Below are positions 10,582 through 21,344 of a DNA stretch of 56,196 nucleotides, in pieces. How positions within the stretch are numbered: position 1 is the stretch's first letter; each line of letters starts with the position of its first letter. Source of the stretch: Asterionella formosa. Taxonomy: Eukaryota. The notes under the pieces are model-generated. The model was not told where the DNA came from. It worked only from the letters and a program-made list of their open reading frames with translations, and did no database searches. The stretch covers positions 1 through 56,196 of the forward strand of contig NKIB01013511.1 of assembly GCA_002256025.1 (NCBI GenBank). Reading direction: 5' to 3'. The translations under genes and the position numbers were made by a program.

Positions 10582-11823
10582 ATGCCGAAGTGCAAAGCAG
10601 CACTTGTTCACCAATCTGTTGTGGAGTCGGTTCTCTCCAAAATTCCCACCACGGAACGACAAAGTATTTCCAAAGAACTCCTTCTTGCCGCCAATGACAA
10701 ATTCCGTTTGTTGAGCGTCAAGGCGGCGCAGCCTGGACAATTAGGGAAGGGAGACTCGCAGGAATCTAGAGCGGCCTTGATTTTAGAACATGTTGTCAGG
10801 ATGGATGGGAGTCGGCAAAAACTAGGACTAGGAACGTTGGCAAAGGTGGTGGGAGTCAATCGAACGAATCTCGAAGCGCTTCAACTCAAGATGGAAAATT
10901 ACTTGACAGAGAAGATCTTTTCTAGCAGTAACATCACAACACTATCTACTACAGGTATGGGCAGGAAATCTGGAGGAAAAAGCTCGCTATCACGTTCAAA
11001 GTCCACCAACTCTTCCACTGCCTCCTTCGCTGCTCGATCTTGCCGAAGCGAGGAGCAAACGAAAGTATCATCCATTCCCCAACTATCCATCAAATTGGGT
11101 TCCATTGTTCAAGACTCTCACGGGGTTTGCAAGCGAGCACAGACACTATATAAGGACATTCAGGATCACATTCAAACTTCGAGCACTATTAACGAGCATC
11201 TCCGACAAGACCACTTGACCGACTGGGTAAAATACCAAACCGCATATGAAGCGGCATGTTTTTTTATCATTTCTACCAACGCTGAGAAGTCGGCCAAAAC
11301 AGAATCATCGCTCCATTTTCACGATGTATTAAATGCTTCAGGCGTGTCGTCGTTATTATGGCGACAAATACTACCGACAACCGAAGCCTTTCAATGCGCA
11401 GTGGAAGGGGAGAAGATGAGGAAATCGGAGCAGTCGCGAAAGCGAGGAAGAGGCGACCGAGTATCAAATGCAGCTCAAAAGAAGATCAAGTCTACTGGTG
11501 GAAATGCAGATGGGAGAGCGAAGCAGACCACGAGGAATGCGACTAATGCAAATATCTTGAACCTTGTCAACACCTGGGCAAAGGGCAAGGATTATTCAGT
11601 GCCATTATCAACAACTGCTTGGCCTAGAGAACTTCATTTTCCTCCCCTCCCTCTGGATTATGTTACCAAAAGGGACGAGATTGTCAATCATGCTATTGAA
11701 AATATACAAGCAAAGGCAAGGCTCGAAAATGGCAAGGAGCTGTCACAGCGAGACGCCAAACGACGGGCTTGTCATGACATTATAACAACGTTGAGCTTCC
11801 ATCGAAGAGGAGAAGGCGACTAA
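10582..11823 (+). CDS. ORC6: Divergent origin recognition complex subunit 6-like protein (413 aa from the first ATG)
   Basis: Single long ORF with first ATG at 10582. By-eye similarity to ORC6's two TFIIB-like helical repeats (LLLAANDKFRLLSVK...ESRAALILEHVV...LAKVVGV; SIPQLSIKLG...AQTLY...YEAACFF...LNASGV) and to its C-terminal helix (DYVTKRDEIVNHA vs human DYEEWKRKILENA). Confidence 0.6.
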   Translation: MPKCKAALVHQSVVESVLSKIPTTERQSISKELLLAANDKFRLLSVKAAQPGQLGKGDSQESRAALILEHVVRMDGSRQKLGLGTLAKVVGVNRTNLEALQLKMENYLTEKIFSSSNITTLSTTGMGRKSGGKSSLSRSKSTNSSTASFAARSCRSEEQTKVSSIPQLSIKLGSIVQDSHGVCKRAQTLYKDIQDHIQTSSTINEHLRQDHLTDWVKYQTAYEAACFFIISTNAEKSAKTESSLHFHDVLNASGVSSLLWRQILPTTEAFQCAVEGEKMRKSEQSRKRGRGDRVSNAAQKKIKSTGGNADGRAKQTTRNATNANILNLVNTWAKGKDYSVPLSTTAWPRELHFPPLPLDYVTKRDEIVNHAIENIQAKARLENGKELSQRDAKRRACHDIITTLSFHRRGEGD

Positions 11824-11940
11824 AGATAAAGTAGTATTGGGGCGAGATTTTAATCAATAATGAATGGACTCTGTTTCTTGCTCCATTTAAAGTCGCTTGT
11901 TCTAGTGGTCGCTGACTCAATTGAGTTGCTAAGCTGTGAA

Positions 11941-13182
11941 TTACAACATTCTTGCACCAGGTCCTGGACTTGTCTCAAAGCAGACACAATCCTTTTCCTT
12001 CTGCACCTTGTATTCCTTCACCAAACTCGCAATCAAGGACTCAACTTGACTGCTCTCGACCAATGTCACAGTGCATCCACCAAAGCCACCACCCGTCAAT
12101 CTTGATCCATACACACCTTCATGGCCTTTAGCGATTGCGCACAAGAAATCAATTTCGTCGCAACTCGTTTCGTAGTCATCACGCATGGAATCATGAGATG
12201 CGTTCATCAGCGAACCCAACAAGCCCCAATCTCCATTCTGCAAGGCATCTTTAGCATGGAGAGTTCGTTCGTTTTCAGTCACAACATGCTTCGCTCGTCG
12301 ATAGTGCAAATCGCCAAGTTCTTCCTTTGCAGCGTCGACTTGTTCCAACGTGGCATTTCGAAGGGTCACAATGCCATCACCATGCATCGTACGCAATATT
12401 TCTGTAGCTTCCTTGCACTGAGCTACTCGAACGGGATATTCGCCTCCAGCAATGTCATGTTTGACGTTGCTATTCGTCACCACAAGGCTCACCGTATTCG
12501 GAGTCTTCATTGTCACGACCGTGAAATTGTTGGATGTGCAATCAATCAAAAGTAATGCCGCCTCTTGTCCGGCACTACTAATGTATTGATCCATGATTCC
12601 ACAGGGCGAGTGACACCACTGGTTTTCGGCGCGTTGGCAGCGAATGGCTCGTTCCTTCTCATGAGGAATGCCTGGAGAACTACTGAAGGCAAGATCCCCC
12701 ATGATTTCCTCCAGAAAACGAGCCACTGCCACTTCTAAACTCGCTGAGCTACTCAATCCACCTCCGAGGGGTACATCTCCAGCGATGCTAAGCTTGACTT
12801 CAAAACAGGTATCGTCGGGAAGGTCCGCAAGATACTGCGCGACGACACCCACAACATACCTCGTCCAATTGCCATTATGAGAGGAAGGCACGGCAGTTGA
12901 TTTGCTGATCTCACAGATTTCCACATAATCAGGAGACAGCTGGCTGACAAGAGATATCTTGCTCGTCTCACTTCCTAGAACCAAATCTCCAGACCCAACG
13001 ACAATCGTGGAATATCCGATAGCCAAGGGAAGGACAAAGCCACCTGTGTAATCCGTGTGCTCGCCAATTAAATTGACGCGACCAGGGGCGCAAGCGATCA
13101 ACATTGGCGTAGTGTCATCATATGACGCCTTGTAAAGTGCAGTTGCATCGTCGACTAGTGTTTGGAGGGAGGTGGACGTCAT
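11941..13182 (-). CDS. GALK1: Galactokinase (GHMP kinase)
   Basis: APGRVNLIGEHTDY signature, VPLGGGLSSSASLEVA ATP-binding loop, CGIMDQ, GSRLTGGGFGGCTV; ATG at 13182. Confidence 0.96.
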   Translation of the reverse strand: MTSTSLQTLVDDATALYKASYDDTTPMLIACAPGRVNLIGEHTDYTGGFVLPLAIGYSTIVVGSGDLVLGSETSKISLVSQLSPDYVEICEISKSTAVPSSHNGNWTRYVVGVVAQYLADLPDDTCFEVKLSIAGDVPLGGGLSSSASLEVAVARFLEEIMGDLAFSSSPGIPHEKERAIRCQRAENQWCHSPCGIMDQYISSAGQEAALLLIDCTSNNFTVVTMKTPNTVSLVVTNSNVKHDIAGGEYPVRVAQCKEATEILRTMHGDGIVTLRNATLEQVDAAKEELGDLHYRRAKHVVTENERTLHAKDALQNGDWGLLGSLMNASHDSMRDDYETSCDEIDFLCAIAKGHEGVYGSRLTGGGFGGCTVTLVESSQVESLIASLVKEYKVQKEKDCVCFETSPGPGARML

Positions 13183-13304
13183 GGTCAAATAAATGGATAT
13201 GGTTTATAGCCAGTTCAATAAATGAACTTAAAGTATCGGTATGTAGTTTTGCTATAACGGAGTCCCTTGTATGTTAAGAGTTGAAAATCATTTACCGCCA
13301 CGAG

Positions 13305-13566
13305 CCGAAAGCTCAGTAAGACCTTGATTTATCGTTGTTCTAGTTCCATAATTTCCTTATTTGTAAGCACGTATGTATGTTCAATTCTAGTGGAATCATT
13401 GTTCGAAGAACAACACAAAAACAGACGAGCTGCTGAGGGTCGAAAAGCCCAGCAACACCTTGTTTTTCGTTGTTCTGCCTATCATAGTTCCATAATTACC
13501 TTAGTTGTAAGTACGAATGTATGTTCATTTCTAGTGGAATCATTCTTCGAGGAACAACACAAAGAC
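13305..13566. repeat. Imperfect direct tandem duplication (~120-130-bp unit) upstream of galactokinase
   Basis: cgttgttct..tagttccataatt..ttgtaag..tgtatgttca..ttctagtggaatcatt..ttcga.gaacaacacaaa occurs twice (~13305-13421 and ~13440-13566). Confidence 0.85.
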
Positions 13567-15499
13567 GTACCGGTACTTGGAACACAAATAGTTTTTAGTC
13601 ACACTTCGTAACTTAGCTGTTAGATACACTTATTACCAAATTCTACGAGTATATTTTTATATTTTTTGACGTAGTAAAAGAAGTGAACAAGGAGTTGTAC
13701 CTAGCACGGTACCTGGTACTCAGAGTACCAGTTACGGTAATATTGATGAAACAAAAGATTTAGCTGCCTTTATCCCAGATCAAAATGTTAGTTTAAGCAA
13801 AATGACCGCAACTTGCAAGGTACCAGGGGAACCACCGATTGCCAAGGTCGTCGTACATACGGTAGGCATTTGTGGAAGAACAACACTCGCGAATTTCTGA
13901 ACCGCAAACAACAGAGTCAATGGAGTCCCTGGTACCTTACTCCTACATTGCTTACCCTAAACACCATGAGTCAGTCTATAGTAGATTGAAACCACAAATT
14001 CGGTCAGTTTTTATCCTATCACAATGGCTTGGCGCATTACAGACCTTAAAACTAGTGAATTCATTGGAGAGTGGATAGCACAGGTACGTGAATCGTACGA
14101 CACTCAAACGAAAGGAATCAAGTTCTGCACTCAATTCAACTCATTTTTGCAAAAAACATCTGCATCAGCTTTTGTACACTGATTTAAGATTCCAGATATA
14201 GGCAGCTTTTTGGGGTACTGGATGAGAAATGCCGGCGTGCGTCATCGCAAACTACCAATTCTGGAGCTTGCGCTACAACCATTTACCTTCATTCTCAAAA
14301 GGTTGTTGCAGCATGGTAGTCTCGCCACCATGACTTCGAAAGACATCATTTTCTCCCCAATAATCGTTGTCTTCTTCCACACCATTGCAGCAAAAGGAAA
14401 TTTCATTAGGGATTGGCGGTTTAGTGTCGAGGGAGAAAGCAAAAAGACTGGAGCATGGTGTCAAGTCTTCCAACAACGACGATGCTCCCTCCACCCAGTT
14501 GTTCATCCATTCTACCATGAAGTGCGACATGGTTCATAATATATGATCTGTTTCGTGAGCACTATTGTTGGACTGGACGTTTTGTGGCGTGTGCAATTGC
14601 TCGGTCTCACTCAACGAAGCCAATGATCGATACAGAAACTAACAAACTTCAGCGTGGCAAAATATGACTGTTACAGTCGGTCGTAGCTTGACAAAATTGG
14701 CAGACCTGCGTGGAATTATTTTCCTACCATGAATATAAACGGTATTAAAACATGAGGATATATATTTTCCATACATAGGACTGGTTCTTATTTTGAATGT
14801 ATATACCGGGGTTGGGCATTCTATACTAACACCAACGATTCAACGGACGACAGATTTGTAAGTCATGGTCTTGTTATTCATGTAAGGCCTATACAGGTAT
14901 GTACGCAAGAACACTCCTGGGTGTGTACTACCGGTGAACAAAATAGTATCAGATTGAATCTGACTTGACAGTTGTTGATATATCAAATTTCACCCATCAG
15001 CGACATACATATTTAGAACACAAAAGCCCAATCAGCCAGCATCCATCAGTGCTGGTACCTCGTGTATCGAGGAATTTTTTCGAAATTTTCCTTGACTAAA
15101 AAAGTCAACACGGAAAATCGCATGTTGTTCAAAAAGCCATTTGCAAATTTCAATTGTTTGTCATCCTGACCAGTTCCAATTGGCGTGCTTCTCACCATCA
15201 ATAGCAGGGCTTGTTGTGGAGTACTTCCAATGGAGAGATTGCAAAACGAGGCCTCATGGGTTGAGGAATCTGCCATTTCCATGACAACAGGAACATTATT
15301 GAGTCATTTGAGCATGCATGAGAAACCAGTGGTAGCAACAAGATCAAAATGTAAGCAATGGTGGGAAATGAGTTTTCAAAGAAAAAGCGAATCAGCGATT
15401 ATTCAAAGGAACCCAATCGGTGACAGGGAGTTGGTGGGGGAACTAGTACTGGTAGTACCGGTACTGTTTTTACCAACCAGGATTCAGTACATCTAATAC

Positions 15500-15615
15500 G
15501 TGTGGTTCAAGTGTGGCTGGCAAGATTTTACAAGACCGGGATACTTCAGCGAATCTGAAGCAGGTGAATAAATTCAATTCAACCAATCAGAATATGTGTA
15601 GTGACGCGGGAACTT
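15500..15615. repeat. Dispersed repeat (ggttcaagtgtggctggc...caaccaatcagaata), also at 16339-16460 and, inverted and diverged, at ~17450-17546
   Basis: Direct sequence comparison of the three segments. Confidence 0.75.
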
Positions 15616-15629
15616 ACCCTTGATGGCCC

Positions 15630-15903
15630 CCTTTTTTGACTATTTTTTGGACAGTTACAATTCCAAGAGGGATAATTGCCACTTCTCTCCAGAAATGAGG
15701 TCCTTACCATATCTGCATATAGATCATACCCCTAAGTCAAGGAATGACTGTATCTAAGCATATGCAAAGTGGTCGTATTGGTGAAAGCTAATTTTACCTT
15801 TAACTATTTTATTTAGTTGTTCGTAGTGTGTAAATTAAGGTACAAAATAAAATTATTCTGGAAGAAAACAGACCTCGTGATGTGTAAATTTTGGGCTGCA
15901 ACC
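15630..15903 (+). mobile_element. Right end of a TTAA-flanked DNA transposon (Kolobok-like)
   Basis: Homologous to 16740-17012 and 41977-42100; every copy ends GCAACC followed by TTAA. Confidence 0.65.
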
Positions 15904-15907
15904 TTAA

Positions 15908-17012
15908 GATTGCGGCCCCGGCTTTACCCTAGTTTGGAGAAGATATCGCTAGGGTTGTAAAAACGGCGTGGAACAGGGAGTTTCCTATTATGAATTCCCA
16001 TGATTGGAGTGTCCATTTGAATATTTGAATGAAAAATAGGAATCGGCGCCAGATTGATAGAGTTCCATTTTAAACAAACAAAAATGACATTTAAACGTTT
16101 ATACTAAATCAACATTGCTGTATGTAGACATTGTTCTTGTTTATACGTTATATTGAATCTACGCTGCTGTGTGTAGGCATAATAAAATCAGAACAGTACC
16201 TGGTACCAGGTACCGAAGCACCAGAGTACTGGTACCCTGGTACCTGTGTAATCTCGGTTCATGACGTTGGAAGACAGGAGTACCAGTACCGGTGTACCGG
16301 TACTGATTTTACCTGGTGGTATACAGTATATCCAATAATGGGGTTCAAGTGTGGCTGGCGTGCTTTTGCAAGACCGGAATACTTCAGCCAATCTGGAGCA
16401 GGTGAGTAAATTCAATTCAACCAATCAGAATACCGGTATGTGTCGTGACGCGGCAAAGTACCCTGGAGTCTTTTCGGACTGAGAGTTAAGCAGCAAAACA
16501 TGCCTACGCAAGACTCTAAGTCTACGAGAACGTTTTGCATATACAAATTCTGATTCCAATATTTTGGCGACTGTTGAAAAAGCCGATCGGGTCGACTTTT
16601 TGGTGGAGGATTGGTCTAAATCTGCGGGGTTTCATCAATATCAAAGTAGATAGTCGTGTAACCTATAACGTCAGGAGTTAACATCTGGAAAGATACTTCA
16701 GTTATGTATCTTAGATTTTTAGAAAAGCTTTGTAGCCTCTTTTTGACTTTTTTGCGACAGTTACGATTCTATGATACATAACTGCAGTTTCTTTCCAGAA
16801 ATGAGGTCCTTACCAAATCCGAAGATAGAACATACCCCTAAGTCGACCCATGACTGTCGTATCTATGCATGTGCGACGTTGTCGTATTGGTGAAAGCTAA
16901 TTTTACTTTTAACTATTTTATTTACTTGTACGTAATGTGTGGATTAAGGTATATCATATAATTATTTTAGGAAAAAAGGGACCTCGCAATGTGTAACTGC
17001 GGGGCAGCAACC
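15908..17012 (+). mobile_element. Non-autonomous TTAA-flanked element (Kolobok-like) with internal insertions
   Basis: Left end GATTGCGGCCCC after TTAA (15904-15907), right end GGGGCAGCAACC before TTAA (17013-17016); left 220 bp repeated at 31418-31651. Confidence 0.6.
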
Positions 17013-17043
17013 TTAAATACAGTCTTCAGACAAAGTAGGGGTG

Positions 17044-17237
17044 TAGGTTCACTCAATATATCGTCAGTATATGGGATCTGGTCAGAAACTGCAGAAAGTA
17101 ACTTCATATTTTTAGCTATGCTAAAAAGACTCAAAATTTTGAGGAAATCTATTTATTTGGCATAGCAAAATAACCCAAGTTCCTTTCTGCAGTTTCTCGC
17201 CAGAAGTTATAAACTGATGCTATTTGAAAGTTACCTA
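17044..17237. repeat. ~200-bp imperfect foldback (palindromic element)
   Basis: agaaactgcagaaagtaactt...gctatgctaaa pairs with tttggcatagc...aagttcctttctgcagtttct; weaker pairing extends outwards. Confidence 0.8.
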
Positions 17238-19524
17238 ATATGCATTGAAATCGCGTTTAGAACCAGCCGACGTTGAGCTACTATCGTCCAAAAATTCGAC
17301 AAAATCGGCCTTTTCTACGGTCTCCAAAGAATCGGAATCAGAATCACCAATCGCCAAAACGTCATCATTGGAATGGTTGTCGTGTGCTCAAATTTTTATT
17401 CGTAAAATCTGCTGTACAAAAAGTTCCATTGTAACAAGGGCCCGCTGCATTATTCATATTCTGATTGGTTGTACAGTACTTGCATCCGTTCGAATAGCCC
17501 GGTTTGCGAGGTTTTGCAATCCCACGCCCGCCACACTGAATACACAAGCAACATTTTCTTGGGTGTTGGCCGATGCGATATCCACGACCTGCCTGATACC
17601 AGCTACCAGCTACCAGGTACATGGTACTCCTGGTACTAGTACCAGTCCATCTCTCCTACATAGAATGCACTTTCAAATATTTTCCGAGACGCCGGGTCGT
17701 ACATGTGACACATAATTGTTCATCTGAGCACACTACCAGTACCGTTACTAGCCTGGCATGTACATCCAGCGATGAATAATCTATACATGTGTATTTCAGG
17801 GCATATGGGAAGGAATCTATGTACGCATGCGCGAATTTCCACTGGTTTAAATATTTCAAACGGAATCATCGATATTCAAAATTAGCGCATAAAAGTTCTT
17901 AGTTCCAGGGATTTTCGGCAACCCTAAGAAATATTTTAATTTTTGCCTAGGGGTTCAAATGCAGGAACCTTAAGCTGAGATACTGCGACTTACTTGAATA
18001 CACAAAATGCTACAGTGTAGTTGTTGTGATCATCTGCCAGGATCATCCTGCATCATGTCGTCTCAACCTTGACCATGGCGAAAATAGCGGAAATCTCTAC
18101 AAAAATTGAGGACGACGCTTCCTATTTGGAACATATATCAATTGCAACAAAGACAATACAACCGTAAAAGTATATTTGCAATAGCACTGAAATTGACAAC
18201 GAAAACTGCAATCGCCAATGGCACAATTCGTCTACACAATCTATAGCTGCTCAATTCAAAACGACGCTGTTGCGAACAGATTTGACATTTTTGCAGTATC
18301 TGAGCAATGAATAAGACAAGGAATATAACAATAACATGATTAGTTGAAGCAAAAAATTGTTAAAATAGTCATTCTTCATCAAATGAGAATGATTGATTGT
18401 ACCACCGGCATTTGTGGATGGTGCAGATATCGGCGTCAACAACTGCTTATGCTGTTTGTTCGTTGGCAGTCGATATCAAGGGAAAATGTGAAAGAGGGAA
18501 AAAAATTAATTGAATCGAAATAAGGTACCAGGTACTCTTTATGATTATGTGGTGAGACCAGTGTACCTGTATACTCCATTGTCCTGGACCCCCCAATGTA
18601 CACTACCGTGACTGACTTTGACTGATTTTACTTAAGGCGGGCCCAGGACAATGAAGAGATTTCCCTTTCAATGGACCAAAATAAATTTGTAAAAAATATT
18701 GTTGCAAACTCACATCATTATTGGTTTGATCACATAATTATTTGATAAGTAGAATAAATTTTGTTTTAGAACACATAAATTTTGGTTTGACCCAAGTAAA
18801 TTCCTAAAAAGTAGCATAATATTTTAGAAAAGTAGCATAATTACGTCATTTTAGACATAAACTCGAAAAAGTGCCATAAACGGCGTTTTAGATGTGATAC
18901 TGAAAGCGATCATGTCATTTCTTCTTCAGTCGCTGCTACAAAAAATTGCTCCTGTCGATCATACCATTAATAACAACCCCCAGATGAAGATAGATGACAT
19001 GGTTTCATACCATAAATTTTCTAATCGCACGGACCAACAAGTACATGAAAAACTAAGAAAAAAACAAATTGCACTTGCCAAAGGATATTCTCAATTGGTC
19101 AATGAACTCAATCACTACAATGGTCGTAATTCGGTTCAAAACTCGTCCATACGAGGTTATCAAGAATCTTCTGTTTCAGCAGCCTTATCAGAACATTGTT
19201 CCCGCTTAGTAGCAGCTAAAATTCAACCATCAATTGTCACAAAGGTTGTGAGTTTTACTTTCAAGACCAAGAAGTTTTGCTGTGAACATGTAAGTTTGAT
19301 GTTATAGTTCGTGATTTGCAGGTACTATGAAACAGAACATCAATCAAATATGCTTTTTTCTTGTCTCAAAGGAGAATCAAAAATCCCGCCCTATCTGGTC
19401 CAAGTAGTGGTATGAAAGGCATTTCCAATCACAAACAGGATTGGTTCGCCAATGTTGCCTAACTCGGCTTTACACAGTGAAACCCGAGTTAGGCAAGGAA
19501 GTGGAGAGTGACCCAGAGCTTGCT

Positions 19525-19900
19525 GAGGTGGCCAAAAGGCGAGAAGAAGATGCTGTCATTGCCATTATTGGCTTTTTGTTCGTGTGATTGTTTATGGCAA
19601 GGTTCAGATGAGTTTAGAATACTAGATACATGCACAACGTAATGAAGTCAGAAACCTGTTGACACCTAATTCAGCCGAGTTGACTTGACAGAAATTCGGA
19701 TCGCAAGCTTGCCCGCCCTTGATAACAATTTGAAAATTTATGTTAGTAAGCATTTTGTGCGTGATGTCGTTCGTTCTGTGAGAGATGCCCATGTACACAA
19801 GTCTTACCTAAGAACAGCAGGGGTCTAATCAGTTCCTACGTACATATGGATACTACCTGTAATTCAGGACCTGGTATGATATAAATTTAGCGTCAAGATC
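19525..19900 (-). repeat. Inverted duplicate of the PP2C upstream region, 5' UTR and first 14 codons (source 2456-2834)
   Basis: High by-eye identity throughout, including ATGGCAATGACAGCATCTTCTTCTCGCCTTTTGGCCACCTC (ATG at 19565 on the minus strand). Confidence 0.92.
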
Positions 19901-20266
19901 ATGGTTAGCAACAGGGACTGTATGGTGGGAGGGTAAATTCCGAACAGAGATGATAAAATTGGACAGGCCACATTCCAAGCCTTCTTGAATCAACAAGCCA
20001 TCGGATGGAATCAAGCAATCCGGGGAAGGGTTAGTCGTCATTGGGGAATCACGAACTTGTTGTACTGCCAAAGTAGAGGGTTAGGAGAGGAGGGGTCTCA
20101 GGCGGAACAGTGGACAGCAAACCTGGTGACTACATTGTGGCAATACAGGCTTGACTGCTGGAGGGGAAGAAATCAGTATTTGTATGGCACCAAAGAAGAA
20201 GAGCAAGAAAAACTTTTACGCCTGGACCTAGATACTTTGATTACTTATCTATATGATATAAAATAG
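19901..20266 (+). mobile_element. Non-LTR retrotransposon (LINE) ORF2 C-terminal relic
   Basis: QQAIGWNQAIRGRVSRHW...W..NLVTTLWQY..DCWRGRNQYLYG fits the Q..IGW...G..S..W / LW...W..RN pattern of diatom LINE ORF2 C-termini; frameshift upstream; no RT domain present. Confidence 0.7.
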
Positions 20267-20284
20267 ATGAGTAATCCACGTGAT

Positions 20285-20720
20285 TCAGCATGATTCGGCA
20301 TGATTTGGCATTGTTTTTACTCCCAAGACTGGTTCAACAGAAACATCATACATTGGGACAAAAAATACTATGGGTGCTTCAGCTCCATTTAACTGGCCTA
20401 GTTGGTCTTCCCAGTCACTTGAAACAATGTCACCCCATTGCATGATGTCTAAACCATCAATATCAAGTAACATATTGTGGAATGCACAACCAATTCTTAG
20501 CCACACTTTGTCAGGTTCTTTTACCCCATTTATTCAGATAGTCTGATTCTGATTTTAATATTCACCAGCATCCCTTGAGTATTCCAAATGCACATTCAAC
20601 ATCCTTTCTAAGTGACTAAGCCATTCAAACCATCTAAGTTCATGTTCTGTGACTGTTTTTTTGTTGGAAGGACTGTTGTAGACCATTTGAGATAACCATT
20701 GTCAACTATCAACTGGTACT
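20285..20720 (-). mobile_element. PIF/Harbinger transposase pseudogene fragment (DDE Tnp4-like C-terminal part)
   Basis: Minus-strand peptides LIVDNGYLKWS, RKDVECAFGILKGCW*ILK and WLRIGCAFHNMLL lie in different frames with stops. Confidence 0.85.
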
Positions 20721-21344
20721 CTCCATCGTATATACGAGGTACAACCACCAGGTGTACCTACTGCTTTGCTGTGTTGACCAGGTATACCAGCCAGGTACTA
20801 GGGTACCTGACACCATACAGACTAACTAATACTAGACTGAAAGAATTGAGATGACCAAGATCAAAGATTCAAATAGGAGTAAAGATTGATTCATGTTCAT
20901 GATGAGACTCAAAAAGATCATGATGTTGAAATTTATGGCACTTCTTCCTAGCAAGCTCCAGTACTGCCCTGGACTGACCATTCAAGATCTATCTCGTGCT
21001 GCTTGTTTGGATGTTATTCTGCTATATAAATACTGTTCAGTTTTCACCTAGTTGTCGGACACCTGTCAACATCAACGGCCGAACAGACACATTCTGATAT
21101 CATGACTGGGCTGATTTTGGAAGAGGAGGCACAAACACAATGCTCATTTGACTCATCTGTTTAAACTGTACTAAAGGTTACCTGATGACACAGTACATAA
21201 ATTATTAGACGATTCGAGATGGAGATGACCTAGATCAAACAAGACAACGGAGGACCGGTACATTTTCCTTCAGCGAGGCGAAAACAAAACCTTTACCGAT
21301 CCTGTCCAAACTTTGTTTAGCCTTGTCACTTCCATTATTCCACA

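Noticed and set aside
14273..14530. 85-aa minus-strand ORF with weak resemblance (NDVFRSHGGET) to the diatom DUF6824 motif
   Set aside because: The match is too short and degenerate to support a call
18894..19307. 137-aa ORF as the second (Myb-like) Harbinger gene
   Set aside because: No recognisable Myb/SANT tryptophan pattern; non-ATG start in the track
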